This document shows, in pieces, positions 15,561 to 25,360 of a stretch of DNA of 28,159 nucleotides. Made by a program: the position numbers and the translations under genes. The notes beneath the pieces are model-generated. The model was not told the DNA's origin. It searched no databases and was given only the letters and a program-made list of their open reading frames with translations. The DNA comes from a virus (taxonomy: Duplodnaviria; Caudoviricetes): the IMG/VR virus record IMGVR_UViG_3300022719_000113, positions 1 through 28,159 of that record; one strand, written 5' to 3'. Position 1 is the stretch's first letter. Every line of letters starts with the position of its first letter.

Positions 15561-18259
15561 TGGAAGTCACGCAGTTGATCGCGCTCGAGAGCGCGCCTGA
15601 TAGAGTCAGCCACGACGACATCGCCGAATGCTTCGTCAATAGCCCTCTGGGCCTGGTCGACGGTCTCGTCTGTCTCTTGACGTCGCAGTTGCCGGCGCAC
15701 ATTACTCAGACGGCGCTCCGCCTGTTCTTTGGCTTGCGCCTGATCCTTGATGTGGCTCAGGTTTTGCTCGTGCTGCTCCTGAGCCGCTCGGCTCTCTTGC
15801 TTCTGCCGATCGATGGTCAGCTTGCGTATCTCACGCAGATTGCGGATCGCGGCCTCGAGATCCTCGGCGGCCTCTAGGTTGCGCGCGGCCCGAGCCTCGT
15901 CCAGCTGCTGCTGCAGTGCAGCTATCTCATCGTCCAGCCTATTGATCTGGGCTTCGTCTTGTCGGCCCTGCAGCTCAAGCAGCCTCTGCTCCGTGCGCTC
16001 CAGAGCGCTCTGCGCGCTATCCTGCAGCCGCTGCAGTGCCTGGTCCGCACCCTGAATGATCGTCGTCAGTTTGTCCAGCCGCGCATTGTCCAGCAGCTCG
16101 AGGCTGTTTACGGCCGCCCGAGCGGACGCGCCAAGATCCTCAGCCGACGCCGCCCCGCTGTCAAACTGATCGATAAGATCGTCGGCCACAGCGTTCTGGT
16201 CGCTTATCCGCCGCGTCAAGGACTGCAGCTCACCGCCCAGATCGCGAAAGAATTTGGCGACCGAGATGCCCTGCGTGGCAACCCTATCGACTATCTCATC
16301 CACCTCTTTGGCGACACCCGCCGAAAGGTTCTTGTAGGACGCGATTACTCCCCCGATGACCTCGCCTATACCACCCGCCGCATCAGCGGCGGCCTCCGCC
16401 GCCTGCTCCGTTGTGTCCGCAAAGTCTCGGGCGCTCTGCGACGCAGTGTCGAACCCATCCCCTGCAGTGTCGCCGGCAGTCTCGAGATCGCGGAGACGGT
16501 CTGTAGCCTGCTCGGTTTTTCGCGCCAGATTGTCGACGCCACCCGCCGCATCCTCGAGGCTGTCGACCATAGGCAGCAGTATGCCCTCGCCCTCCAGCTC
16601 GTCAAGCCGGTCTGCCAGGTCGCCCGTACTCTGCGCCAGATCGTCTACCGCTCCGGCGGCGCCTTCGGCGGACTCGCCCACCCCTGCCACCTCTCTCTTT
16701 GCCGGTGGGCTGCGCTCGAGCAGCTCATCAAACGCCTCGCTTATCGAATCAAGCGCCTCTCCGAATTCGCGCAATGAGCCATCCGCGGCGGTCTGCATAG
16801 TGTCAGCAAACGCTCGGGCGTCGCTGGCCTGACTTCTGAGCCGCGCCGCCAGCTCTTCATTTCCGGCGATCTCGGCGAGCCCAGCAAAGAATTCATCCAC
16901 GGATGCTCCAGCCAACGCGAATTTTTCGGCCGCTTTCTGAGCGGCGAACTGCAGCGCATTGATTATTGCTCCGACTGATCCTGCGACGAGCGCAAATGTG
17001 GACCCGGACGTCTGCAAAGCGACCGTGAACTTGCTTAGACCGTCCGCAGCCGATTCTACAAAGTCTCCGATATCATCTGCGAGCGCCTCAAAATCAATGG
17101 CCTGAATGAAGCGCGTCGCCGCTTCAGCGCCGCGGGAAAATAATGATGCCAAGCGGGTCTGTAAAGTGGCGAACGCATCAGATCCGGCGAAGTCGCGGAA
17201 TCTCTGAGCCAGCACCTGGATAGTTTCGGTCAGCGGCTCAAGCAGCGGCTCGACCAGTCCCCGCCGCAGCGCGTCGAACGCCGACCCGAGGCCCCTGGTG
17301 GCGCCGGCCAGGTTGTCGTCCATTGTCTGCGCTGTGCGGGCCGCGGCGCCCTCGGCGTCGTTGAGCTCCGCCACAATCTCGCGCAACCCCTCGCTGCCGC
17401 TCTCTACCAGCGCCCGGATGGCAGAGCTGGACTCGAGACCCAGGGCACGCAGCGCGGCTGATGAGTCGTCGCCAGCTTGCTCAAGCTGTGCGAGCACATC
17501 GACAAAATCCGTGCTGTCAATGTCGAGCTTCCGCAGTTCCGCGCGGAACTTACTGCTCGGATCTTCCAGTTGCAGCAGCGCGTTGCGCAACGCTGTGCCG
17601 CCCTTCTCGCCGCGGAAGCCCTCATCCGCCAACTTGCCTATCAGGGCAACGGTCGGCTCAATCTCCAGACCCAGCGCGCGAGCAGCCGGAGCGGACTGGT
17701 TGAGCGCGCGACCCAGCTGCGTAATGACCTGAGCGCTTACCTCCGTGCCACGGGTCAGGACGTCTGCCACCCTGCGGGAGTCGGCGGCGGCCAAGCCGAA
17801 CTGGTTGAGTGCCGTCGTGACGAACTGCGCCGACTCAGCAAGCGATATGTTGCTTGCCTGCGCCTGCACTAGCACTGACGGCAGCGTGGTCACCGCCTCC
17901 GATACTGACTGTCCGGCTCGCGTCAGCTCCTCGAGGCCCTGGGCCGCCTCGGTCGCGGTGAATCTGGTGGTCGTCCCTGCTTTTTCGGCCGCTTCCCGGA
18001 GCGCGTCGAATGCTTCTCCGGTCGCACCTGACACCGCCTGTACGGTACGCAGCTGCTCCTCAAATTCCCGCGCCGACTGCAGCGCCCCACCAAACAGGCG
18101 AACCGACGCGAAGGTGGCGATTGCAGCAGATACGAGCGCGGCATTTTTCGCGGCACGCCCAAGACCGGCGGCAAAGGACTTGACGCCATCGCCAGCACGC
18201 TTGAGCCGTCGCGTGAAGCGGTCGCGCAACGAAAACCTGACGTCTACATCACGAGCCAC
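15557..18259 (-). CDS. Tail tape measure protein (TP901 family)
   Basis: TTRFTATEAAQGLEEL..AG, GEKGGTALR and MDDNLAG motifs; long Ala-rich helical region. Confidence 0.95.
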   Translation of the reverse strand: MARDVDVRFSLRDRFTRRLKRAGDGVKSFAAGLGRAAKNAALVSAAIATFASVRLFGGALQSAREFEEQLRTVQAVSGATGEAFDALREAAEKAGTTTRFTATEAAQGLEELTRAGQSVSEAVTTLPSVLVQAQASNISLAESAQFVTTALNQFGLAAADSRRVADVLTRGTEVSAQVITQLGRALNQSAPAARALGLEIEPTVALIGKLADEGFRGEKGGTALRNALLQLEDPSSKFRAELRKLDIDSTDFVDVLAQLEQAGDDSSAALRALGLESSSAIRALVESGSEGLREIVAELNDAEGAAARTAQTMDDNLAGATRGLGSAFDALRRGLVEPLLEPLTETIQVLAQRFRDFAGSDAFATLQTRLASLFSRGAEAATRFIQAIDFEALADDIGDFVESAADGLSKFTVALQTSGSTFALVAGSVGAIINALQFAAQKAAEKFALAGASVDEFFAGLAEIAGNEELAARLRSQASDARAFADTMQTAADGSLREFGEALDSISEAFDELLERSPPAKREVAGVGESAEGAAGAVDDLAQSTGDLADRLDELEGEGILLPMVDSLEDAAGGVDNLARKTEQATDRLRDLETAGDTAGDGFDTASQSARDFADTTEQAAEAAADAAGGIGEVIGGVIASYKNLSAGVAKEVDEIVDRVATQGISVAKFFRDLGGELQSLTRRISDQNAVADDLIDQFDSGAASAEDLGASARAAVNSLELLDNARLDKLTTIIQGADQALQRLQDSAQSALERTEQRLLELQGRQDEAQINRLDDEIAALQQQLDEARAARNLEAAEDLEAAIRNLREIRKLTIDRQKQESRAAQEQHEQNLSHIKDQAQAKEQAERRLSNVRRQLRRQETDETVDQAQRAIDEAFGDVVVADSIRRALERDQLRDFQ

Positions 18260-18815
18260 GACGCAGGATCCTCAGTAAGCGCCGATCTAGCTGCGCCTCC
18301 AGCTGGTCGGCGAACGTGCCCTCCATGCGGTCAAGCCGCCGTGGCTGGTCGACCATTTGTTTGGCCGTCGGCCCCCATACCGAACGCACCGGATACCGAC
18401 CCACAGGACGCCCTCCGCTGTACTTCCGAATCAGCACCAGGGGTTTGCCGGAGGCACTGCCGCGCTGAATAAATGCGCTACTGATCGTGGTGCGCTTGCC
18501 CTTCTCAAACGTGACCGCGACGCCCTTCTTGGTCTGGCGCGGCGTGCCGAACTCGATGGCGTTCAGGCCGCGCCCGGTGGCGCGCAGAGTGAACTGGAGA
18601 CGGGAGGGATCAACGGGGGACAGACGCAGACGGGATGATAGGACGCGGGCCTTGATCGCGTACTGTGTGCGCACGTCACGACCGACAGACGTGCCGGTGC
18701 GACGCCGGGTGTCGCGCAGGGCGCGCACGACCTCACGCTGGCCCTTGCGGCCGGCTACGCGACGCAGGTCGCGCTCAAGCCTGGCGAGCTGCGTTGCGTC
18801 GATCTCGAGCGGCAT
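18249..18815 (-). CDS. Minor tail protein Z-like (tail completion)
   Basis: Basic protein with VRAL..YAIKA, GVAV..SSAFI and RYPVRSVWGPT motifs; start reassigned to MPLE. Confidence 0.72.
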   Translation of the reverse strand: MPLEIDATQLARLERDLRRVAGRKGQREVVRALRDTRRRTGTSVGRDVRTQYAIKARVLSSRLRLSPVDPSRLQFTLRATGRGLNAIEFGTPRQTKKGVAVTFEKGKRTTISSAFIQRGSASGKPLVLIRKYSGGRPVGRYPVRSVWGPTAKQMVDQPRRLDRMEGTFADQLEAQLDRRLLRILRRGS

Positions 18816-19005
18816 CGCAGAATCTCTCCACGTAGGTGGGGCGGGGGTCGAACGGAATTTTGGCCAAGATGGCCCGAGTTTCGTCGGCGTCGAACTCGAC
18901 AGCGGCGCCAGCGCGCATGGCCTCACGCGGCAGCATGGGCGTCAGTTTGGACAGGGCGCGCGCATACCTCATGCGCGCCCTGACCTCACGCACGAGCCGA
19001 ATCAC
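18775..19005 (-). CDS. Hypothetical protein
   Basis: GTGA-coupled ORF filling the tail operon. Confidence 0.5.
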   Translation of the reverse strand: MIRLVREVRARMRYARALSKLTPMLPREAMRAGAAVEFDADETRAILAKIPFDPRPTYVERFCDAARDRRNAARQA

Positions 19006-19223
19006 CGACGCACAGCCGCCTGACCGGCCTTCGCCATTGCCTCGGCCTGTTCCGGCTTGACCATGGTGCCACCGCCCTCGGGCAGAAACGTGCCGTTGAC
19101 CCAGCCAGAAACCAACATCACGACAGGCACGCGATAAGGCGCCTTTTTCGCTGCCGCCTTTTTCGCTGCCGCCTTTTTCGCTGCCGCCTTTTTCGCTGCC
19201 GCCTTCTTTGCCTTTGCCATCAT
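19002..19223 (-). CDS. Small protein with histone H1-like AAKKA repeats
   Basis: AGGAG RBS; AKKA(AAKKA)4 followed by a small beta/alpha domain. Confidence 0.75.
   Translation of the reverse strand: MMAKAKKAAAKKAAAKKAAAKKAAAKKAPYRVPVVMLVSGWVNGTFLPEGGGTMVKPEQAEAMAKAGQAAVRR
19141..19200. repeat. Four exact 15-bp tandem repeats (gcctttttcgctgcc)
   Basis: Directly visible; encodes AAKKA on the minus strand. Confidence 0.97.
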
Positions 19224-19225
19224 TG

Positions 19226-19426
19226 CTACTCCTTCGTGGTCTTCGTCTTGCGCTTCATCTTGCGGACGAGTCCTCTATCCAGCATGCGATCGGCCGTTGC
19301 CTTCGGCACCTCGATCTCGTCCCCGTCCGCAATCGCCACTCCACGGCACGTGCTTGAGCGTGTCGCCACTACCGTGACTGTCGCGACGCCCGCATCCTGC
19401 TCATTGGCCGTGAGGGGAAAAATCAC
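19226..19426 (-). CDS. Small virion-associated hypothetical protein
   Basis: GDEIEVPKATADRMLDRGLV motif with a Lys-rich tail; coupled to the tail tube gene. Confidence 0.7.
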   Translation of the reverse strand: MIFPLTANEQDAGVATVTVVATRSSTCRGVAIADGDEIEVPKATADRMLDRGLVRKMKRKTKTTKE

Positions 19427-20178
19427 GCGTCCTCCTCAAAGGTAAACCCGGTGTCAGAACCATCAGGCGTGATGATCGGGCCGGACAACGTGACCGAGAT
19501 GAATTCCGCGGACATGAAATCGATGGCCTCGCTGGGCGTCACGTTGCACCGAGGCAACGTCAACTGGCCCTCGGAGCCGCTTGCCTTATCGATCATGTGG
19601 CCTACCAGGCCCAGTCTGATTGACGTGACCTGGCCCTGCTTAACCGCGGTCGATGTGCGCGCCCCGTAATCGTAACTGACCAGCAGCGCAGCGCTGTCGG
19701 CGATCGCGCCCGTCGACAGGACCTTGACCTGCCCGTTGAACAGATCCAGCTCGCAGTCGGTGCCGAGGACATACGTGGTCCCGGCCGGATCGCTGGTGAC
19801 GACGACAGTGCCGGTGTCCACGTTGCGGTTCGCCAGCGAGACCCACTTGTCGTGAATCGCTGTGATCGACTCGTCTGTGACCGAGTCGCCGGCGACCACG
19901 GCCGCGGTCGGGACATCGCCCAGCAGAGCCAGGGCCAGCTGCTCGGGATCCACGTCGTCGAAAACGATAGTCACGGTCGATCCGCTGCTGGGCAACTGCA
20001 CCGAGTCCAGGTTTTGGCCATAGGTGTCGTTCTTTCGCGACACCCTATTGATGTCGTCGGTTTCACCCGGCGATATCTGGAGGCTGGTAACGTTGATGGG
20101 GTCGGAAAACCCCTGCGACGCCCAGGCCTCCGTTTTGCGATCGAACTTGATGTCTCCGGAAAAGAGTCTGCCGGTCAT
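19423..20178 (-). CDS. Major tail (tube) protein
   Basis: LFSGDIKFDR, LALALLG, an internal domain with TYVLGTD and TPSEAIDFMS..LSG; canonical position. Confidence 0.8.
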   Translation of the reverse strand: MTGRLFSGDIKFDRKTEAWASQGFSDPINVTSLQISPGETDDINRVSRKNDTYGQNLDSVQLPSSGSTVTIVFDDVDPEQLALALLGDVPTAAVVAGDSVTDESITAIHDKWVSLANRNVDTGTVVVTSDPAGTTYVLGTDCELDLFNGQVKVLSTGAIADSAALLVSYDYGARTSTAVKQGQVTSIRLGLVGHMIDKASGSEGQLTLPRCNVTPSEAIDFMSAEFISVTLSGPIITPDGSDTGFTFEEDA

Positions 20179-20606
20179 GATTGATTTCCTCGCTGGTAGG
20201 CAAATTCCGCGACAACTGTCACGGCGGTGTAAATCGTGTTGGTGCCGCGCTCTCGCGGCTCGGTTATCGCGCCGACGGGGTACACCGCGACTGCGTTCGC
20301 TGGCAGATCAGTGACCCGTCGAGAATACAGCGCGGTAGCCACGTCCTGCTGCAGAGCGCGGCGCTCGGCGTGGCCAGTCGTGTAAAGCTCGACAATGATG
20401 TCGAGGCGATCTGCACCGGCGTCGCGCTTGTTGAATGATGCCAGTGCTATCTCGGCGTCATATACTGCTATCCGTGGCGCCGCCCCCTCTCGCTGGGCGT
20501 CGTCACTCTGGACGGCCACGGCCAGGTCAGTGTTGTAGCCGTTCGCGGTGCTGATCTCGCCCAGGCGCTCGATCACCCAATCCATAATGGCCTGGTCGGT
20601 CGTCAC
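20175..20606 (-). CDS. Tail terminator (gpU-like)
   Basis: RLGEISTANGYNTD motif; directly precedes the tail tube gene. Confidence 0.7.
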   Translation of the reverse strand: MTTDQAIMDWVIERLGEISTANGYNTDLAVAVQSDDAQREGAAPRIAVYDAEIALASFNKRDAGADRLDIIVELYTTGHAERRALQQDVATALYSRRVTDLPANAVAVYPVGAITEPRERGTNTIYTAVTVVAEFAYQRGNQS

Positions 20607-20887
20607 TGCTCGATCACCGCAGCCACCACCATGGACCCGTCATCGGAAATGATGCGGTGGACGACAAACGACGCGGCACCAACGGTGAATGCGCTGCCCG
20701 CGATCATGTCAGCCTCAGCACGCAACCAAGTCACGATGGTTTCGCCGTCCAGTTCTTCGGCGTATTGCCCGACGGGCTGTACACCCCGCTGCAAAAGACA
20801 GCCAAATTCATCGCCACCGAAAGACCCGATGTCAACAGCATCACCCATTGAGCTAAACACAGCAGCGTCTAACGCCGCCAGATCCAT
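20603..20887 (-). CDS. Head-tail joining protein (gpFII-like)
   Basis: 94 aa; LDAAVFSSMGD..FVVHRIISDDGS; start at 20887 overlaps the upstream stop. Confidence 0.65.
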   Translation of the reverse strand: MDLAALDAAVFSSMGDAVDIGSFGGDEFGCLLQRGVQPVGQYAEELDGETIVTWLRAEADMIAGSAFTVGAASFVVHRIISDDGSMVVAAVIEQ

Positions 20888-21177
20888 CAGAGCGTCCCAA
20901 GAATTGAATAGTCCACGTCGTCTCCATTCGCCTCGATGCGCACGCCGGTAATGGGTCCCTGCACGCTCACCGTGTTCGGCGTCGGTTCGCCGAAGGTCAC
21001 GTCGTCCCACAGGGCTCCTGCGTCGTTCGGGTCGCTCGACGTCGTGATCGACACGGTGGCATTGGCGACGTCGTCGAGCTGAATCACCAGAAGCCTAAAC
21101 TCTGGCTGGACCACTTCCGTAACCGTCGACGCATCCGCGACCTGGCCCTCGCGATGAATATAGACTGCCTTCGGCAT
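20887..21177 (-). CDS. Hypothetical beta-sandwich virion protein
   Basis: GGAGG RBS before MPKAV; GPITGVRI motif. Confidence 0.65.
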   Translation of the reverse strand: MPKAVYIHREGQVADASTVTEVVQPEFRLLVIQLDDVANATVSITTSSDPNDAGALWDDVTFGEPTPNTVSVQGPITGVRIEANGDDVDYSILGTL

Positions 21178-21192
21178 GTCCGTTACCTCCAC

Positions 21193-21225
21193 AAAAGAAA
21201 CGACGGGGGCGCGCGGCCCCCGTCG
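21193..21225 (-). terminator. Intrinsic terminator after the DUF2190 gene
   Basis: CGACGGGGGC/GCCCCCGTCG stem followed by TTTCTTTT on the minus strand. Confidence 0.85.
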
Positions 21226-21247
21226 AAAGATCGCCTGTAGGAGAGAA

Positions 21248-21625
21248 TCAGGCGGTGTTCGCGGCGTTGCGCAATCCGACAGCCACCAGGCCGACAGTGT
21301 CGCCGTTGCCGGCCACCGCGCCCGTGTTGTCAGACCACCACAATCCCAAAATCGGATCGGTCCCGGCGGTGGTGGTGGCCTCGCTGCCGTCATAGTAGGC
21401 GTACCCGCCCAGGGACGGTGTGTTGGCGCTGGTCTTGGGGACCTCGTACACCCGCACCGGAATGCCCGTGTCCACGGTTCCGGTCTCGCCGCCGGCGATG
21501 TCCACCAGTGCGACGCCGCACAGGTTGGTGGTCGTATTGATCACCACAACGTCGCCGGAGCTGATCGCCGACCCGCCGTTGGTGTACTGGACAGTGCTGC
21601 CCTCGTATCGCAGATTGGTAGCCAT
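21248..21625 (-). CDS. DUF2190 family capsid cement/decoration protein
   Basis: MATN..EG, ISSGDVV, GVALVDIAGGETG and VYEVPK motifs; follows the capsid gene. Confidence 0.85.
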   Translation of the reverse strand: MATNLRYEGSTVQYTNGGSAISSGDVVVINTTTNLCGVALVDIAGGETGTVDTGIPVRVYEVPKTSANTPSLGGYAYYDGSEATTTAGTDPILGLWWSDNTGAVAGNGDTVGLVAVGLRNAANTA

Positions 21626-21644
21626 TTTCTCAGTTCCTCAATTC

Positions 21645-21672
21645 AAAAAGGCCCGGCCTTATATGGCCGGGC
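21645..21672 (-). terminator. Intrinsic terminator after the capsid gene
   Basis: GCCCGGCC/GGCCGGGC stem with a 6-nt loop, then CTTTTT on the minus strand. Confidence 0.8.
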
Positions 21673-21688
21673 GTTACCAGGTCAGTGA

Positions 21689-23620
21689 TCAGGATCCGGC
21701 GTTCTTCCAGCCGCCGCGGAAGTCGGTGGCTGCCACGCCATAGTCCAGCCGCACTTTGAATTTGTGGGCGTCGGTGTCGAAATCCATGTCGTCATCGACG
21801 AAGGGCTGGCGCTGCCCGTTCAAAAACGCCACGGAAACCAGCGGCGCGTCCATCGGGTCGCAGGCCAGATACCAGGCCGTCCCGGTGAGGTACGGCGTGG
21901 AGATCACCTGCAGGTCGCCGTGGCGTGCACGCTTGCCCGGGTTCTCCTGCTCGGGATCGGTGTTGCTGGTGGTGTGGTCGAGGGCCAGCGCCTCGAGGTC
22001 GACCGGACACAGGATACTGCGCGCACGCAGATCCAGGTACTCGTTGCCATCGATGTCGGTCTGCGTCCGCAGCGCCGTCTTGCCATCTGACAGAGTGGCG
22101 GTACCGATGGCAGCGCCGGAGCCGGCCAGGTTGTTGTGGTCGGCGTGGAACAGCGCGGTTCCGTCCGACATGGTCGGGTTTGCGTTGACCACGCCGTACA
22201 CGTCGGCCTCGACACTCCGAGCCGCGGCCCGGCCGAGCCGGCGCCCGATAGTCAGAAACGCGCCGAGATCGTCGTTGATCAGCATGCGACGCGTAAACGA
22301 CACCATCAGGCCCTTTTCGCTGGCCTGAATGGCCTCGGCCTCCTCGCCCATGCTCGTGTGCTTGTAGGCACCGGCCTCGTTCTTCAGCGCCAGGTTGCCG
22401 AACGAGCCAACCTGAATCAGGCTGTTCGACTTGAAGTCGGGGACGTCGATGCTGTCACACCATGCGTCCCAGGTATCGGCAAAATTGCCGTAGGCGCCGC
22501 GCAACTGCTTCCCGAGCTGGTTGGCCAGCAGCAGGTCGAAGTCACTGGTGGTGTGCGCGGAGACAAGCCGGCTGGCGATCTGGTCTCTGCTCATGCCGCG
22601 GGTGCTCACCCCGGCAGCATTCAGGCACCGGGCGCCGAGGTCAATCAGCGTCAGTCCGTTGCATTCGTTCTGCGGGTCGCGCTCGCCTCCGGAGCGAGCA
22701 TCGATTGCGGAACCGACAGCGGCGCGCACGTTGTCGCGCTCGTCGCGGACCATGGTCACGCTGCCGGCGGGCGTAGCGTTCTCGCCCAGCCGGGCCAGCA
22801 GCTTGCGGCCAGCGGCGTCCGGGGTCGTGTCGGTGTCGTCCAGGCACTCGTCCAGCAGGTCCGCATGGCTTTCGCTGTGCGGCCCGAAGAGCGCCCGGAT
22901 CTCGGTGCGGCGGGCCTTGTCTTCGGCCATCGCCTCGGCGCGGATTTCGTCGGCGGTCTTGGCCGACTGGTTACCATCAGGCATGTCGTCATCCTCTTGG
23001 TGGTTTTCGTCGGTGGCCGACGGGGTTACCGGGCGCAACTGCGCCGCGATCTGGTGAATCTGTTCGGGCCGGTGCAGGTCGCGAATCTTGTCCGCGGCAC
23101 GGGCGTAGATGTCCTGCGGGTCGTCGTCCGTATCGACGGCGCCCTCGATGATGTCAGCGAATCCGGCATCGACGGCTTCCTCGCCAAAAAACCAGGTCTC
23201 GTCTTCCATCAGTGCTTTGATGTCGTCGAGATCGCGACCGGTGCGCGTGGCGTACATCTGCGCAATGCCAGCATCCCACCTGCGCATCAGCGCGGCCTCC
23301 GCCTCCATGTCGGTGGCGTTGCCGATGACAAACGACCATGCGTTGTGGATCATCATGGCGCCATTTTCCGGCATGGTGATCAAGTCGCCGGCCATGGCGA
23401 TGTAGGAGGCGGCTGACAAAGCCACGCCGTCAATGCGCGCGTGGACTTCTCCTCGGTCGTAGCGTGACAGCAGGTTGTGTATGGCGTTGCCATCCCACAC
23501 TGAGCCGCCTGGGCTGTTTATGGCGACCACCAGGTCGCCACTGGCCGCGTCGATCTGCTCCTTGATGTCACTGGCCAGGACTTCCCAGCCGATTACACCG
23601 TAGATCTGAATTTCTGTCAC
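21689..23620 (-). CDS. ClpP-like prohead protease / major capsid protein fusion
   Basis: INSPGGSV, ALSAAS and MMIHNA ClpP motifs; scaffold-like linker; HTTSDF, VPDFK, INDDLGAF, LFHADHNN and KVRLDYG capsid motifs. Confidence 0.95.
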   Translation of the reverse strand: MTEIQIYGVIGWEVLASDIKEQIDAASGDLVVAINSPGGSVWDGNAIHNLLSRYDRGEVHARIDGVALSAASYIAMAGDLITMPENGAMMIHNAWSFVIGNATDMEAEAALMRRWDAGIAQMYATRTGRDLDDIKALMEDETWFFGEEAVDAGFADIIEGAVDTDDDPQDIYARAADKIRDLHRPEQIHQIAAQLRPVTPSATDENHQEDDDMPDGNQSAKTADEIRAEAMAEDKARRTEIRALFGPHSESHADLLDECLDDTDTTPDAAGRKLLARLGENATPAGSVTMVRDERDNVRAAVGSAIDARSGGERDPQNECNGLTLIDLGARCLNAAGVSTRGMSRDQIASRLVSAHTTSDFDLLLANQLGKQLRGAYGNFADTWDAWCDSIDVPDFKSNSLIQVGSFGNLALKNEAGAYKHTSMGEEAEAIQASEKGLMVSFTRRMLINDDLGAFLTIGRRLGRAAARSVEADVYGVVNANPTMSDGTALFHADHNNLAGSGAAIGTATLSDGKTALRTQTDIDGNEYLDLRARSILCPVDLEALALDHTTSNTDPEQENPGKRARHGDLQVISTPYLTGTAWYLACDPMDAPLVSVAFLNGQRQPFVDDDMDFDTDAHKFKVRLDYGVAATDFRGGWKNAGS

Positions 23621-25143
23621 GTGTCTTCTCCGATTGCTTCGGCTATGAGGTCGTCGATGTCGTCATCGTACAGATCGGTCCCCTCGGCCGGGGCGATGCC
23701 ACGCTCGCGCATGTCCTCGATGTCCGCCTCGATCTGTTGGCGCACCTTGTCCGGGTTCTGCCCGCGGCGCTTGATGACCGACGACCACGAATCAATGCGC
23801 ATCGCCAGGGCTTCGTGCACGCCACGCATCTCCTTATGTGGGTCAATCCAGGGCATTGCAGGCCGGGAATGATCGGCCGCAAACAGGCTTCGCGGGTCGA
23901 TCTGCTGCAGCGGCACATCGATGATCTTCGATGCGAGCAGCGTGCTGACGAACGCCCGATAGATCGGATCGCAAAACTCCTCCACGAAGTCCGCCCACAT
24001 CAGTCCATAGACGCCGTACTGTTCGACCAGCTCTTGACGCTGGGCGCTGTACGTGCCGTTGTAGTTCTTGCTCAGGGTCGAGTAGCTTATCCCCACCCCA
24101 CCTGCGACACCCCGCATCATGTCCTGACGGAACGGGATCAGCTCGTTGTTGGGGCGGTTGCTCTGGATCGTCCCGACGTTCTCTCCCGGCTGCAGGCGGT
24201 GGATCATGCCCGGCTCCATCGCCATGCGCGCGTAGTCCTCGTCCCCCTCTGGTACGTCGTAATCCTCGGGCGCGGAGCGCGTGATAAACCCCGTCATCGC
24301 CGCCGCAACGCGGGCAGCAACACGCTCCGATTCGTCTATGCTTGCGATGTCCTCCAGCCGATTGATGGCGGACGCAAACCTCGAGGAGCCACGTATCTGT
24401 CCGATCCTGCTGGCAAATTTCGCATGAACGATCGAATCTGCGGGCTTGCTGCCAATTTCAGGGACGCCCATGGCGTCCCCGGGATGCTCGGTGTAGAACC
24501 AGTACCGTGTCGGGCGTCCCCAGCGATCGTGACTGATTCCCTGACGCGCGCCTTGCTGCTCGAAGTCCAGCGGACAGAGATCGGCCTCGATCAACTCCAG
24601 CCACAGCGGCACGTGCTTGGCGCCGCCCGCATAGTCCGGCGGGCGGCGCAGGCCGGCCACGTTGCCCTGCAGCAGCTGCCCGAATGCCTCGCCGTCCCTG
24701 ATCTTCGACCTGAACCCGAGGCGTTGCTGCCCGTACATTGATCTGGCACCACTGGCATCCGCGCCGCGCTGCCAGTCGTCCCATATCGCGCGTATCTGCC
24801 GGTTCAGCTCCCGCATCGGACGACCCGAGACGTCCGTGATCGACGGCTCCGGCATGATGCCCGCGCCAACGATGTTGGTCTCTAGCACGTCCAGCGCGCC
24901 GGCAACGACATCGTAATTTTGCTCGAGGAAACGCGCCTTGGCTCGCAGCGTACCTCCGGCCCGCTCGATGTCCTGGTTGATCGATATCGTCCGCGTCGAG
25001 TTGTCACGGCGCAACCTGGAGCGTTCGGCCGCCTCAAACAGCGCCATGGTGCCCCAGCGCGCACGTGCCCGCTCGTGGGCAGCCTGCGGACTGAAGTACC
25101 CGACCACTCGGTCAAGCAGGGTCGGCTTGAACTTGTTATCCAC
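23617..25143 (-). CDS. Portal protein, lambda family
   Basis: LRAKARFLEQN, RDGEAF, LELIEAD, GQIRG, NYNGTYSAQRQELVE and WIDPHKE motifs. Start uncertain (GTG 25143 or TTG 25161). Confidence 0.95.
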   Translation of the reverse strand: MDNKFKPTLLDRVVGYFSPQAAHERARARWGTMALFEAAERSRLRRDNSTRTISINQDIERAGGTLRAKARFLEQNYDVVAGALDVLETNIVGAGIMPEPSITDVSGRPMRELNRQIRAIWDDWQRGADASGARSMYGQQRLGFRSKIRDGEAFGQLLQGNVAGLRRPPDYAGGAKHVPLWLELIEADLCPLDFEQQGARQGISHDRWGRPTRYWFYTEHPGDAMGVPEIGSKPADSIVHAKFASRIGQIRGSSRFASAINRLEDIASIDESERVAARVAAAMTGFITRSAPEDYDVPEGDEDYARMAMEPGMIHRLQPGENVGTIQSNRPNNELIPFRQDMMRGVAGGVGISYSTLSKNYNGTYSAQRQELVEQYGVYGLMWADFVEEFCDPIYRAFVSTLLASKIIDVPLQQIDPRSLFAADHSRPAMPWIDPHKEMRGVHEALAMRIDSWSSVIKRRGQNPDKVRQQIEADIEDMRERGIAPAEGTDLYDDDIDDLIAEAIGEDT

Positions 25144-25360
25144 TGAAATCCGCCACGACAATGCCGGCGCTGCTGCCGCGCTGCTGTATGGCCAGCGACC
25201 GACACATGCGATTCAGCACCGCCTCCATCGTCGCCAGGCTGTGATATGTGATCCGGCGCGTCCCGGACTCAGTCGAGATCTCGACCGTTTGGGCACCGGC
25301 GGCAATTGCTGTTGCCAGCGCGTCGATGTTGGCCTGAATCTGTGCAGTGCTGAGACTCAT
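25136..25360 (-). CDS. gpW-like head completion protein
   Basis: 74 aa between terminase and portal; AIAAGAQTVE..RRITYHSL. Confidence 0.8.
   Translation of the reverse strand: MSLSTAQIQANIDALATAIAAGAQTVEISTESGTRRITYHSLATMEAVLNRMCRSLAIQQRGSSAGIVVADFSG

Noticed and set aside
19141-19200. CRISPR-like array
   Set aside because: Head-to-tail 15-mers without spacers, in frame within a coding sequence.
21689-23620. ClpP-capsid fusion as a novelty
   Set aside because: A well-known arrangement in lambdoid prophages with a lambda-type portal and DUF2190.
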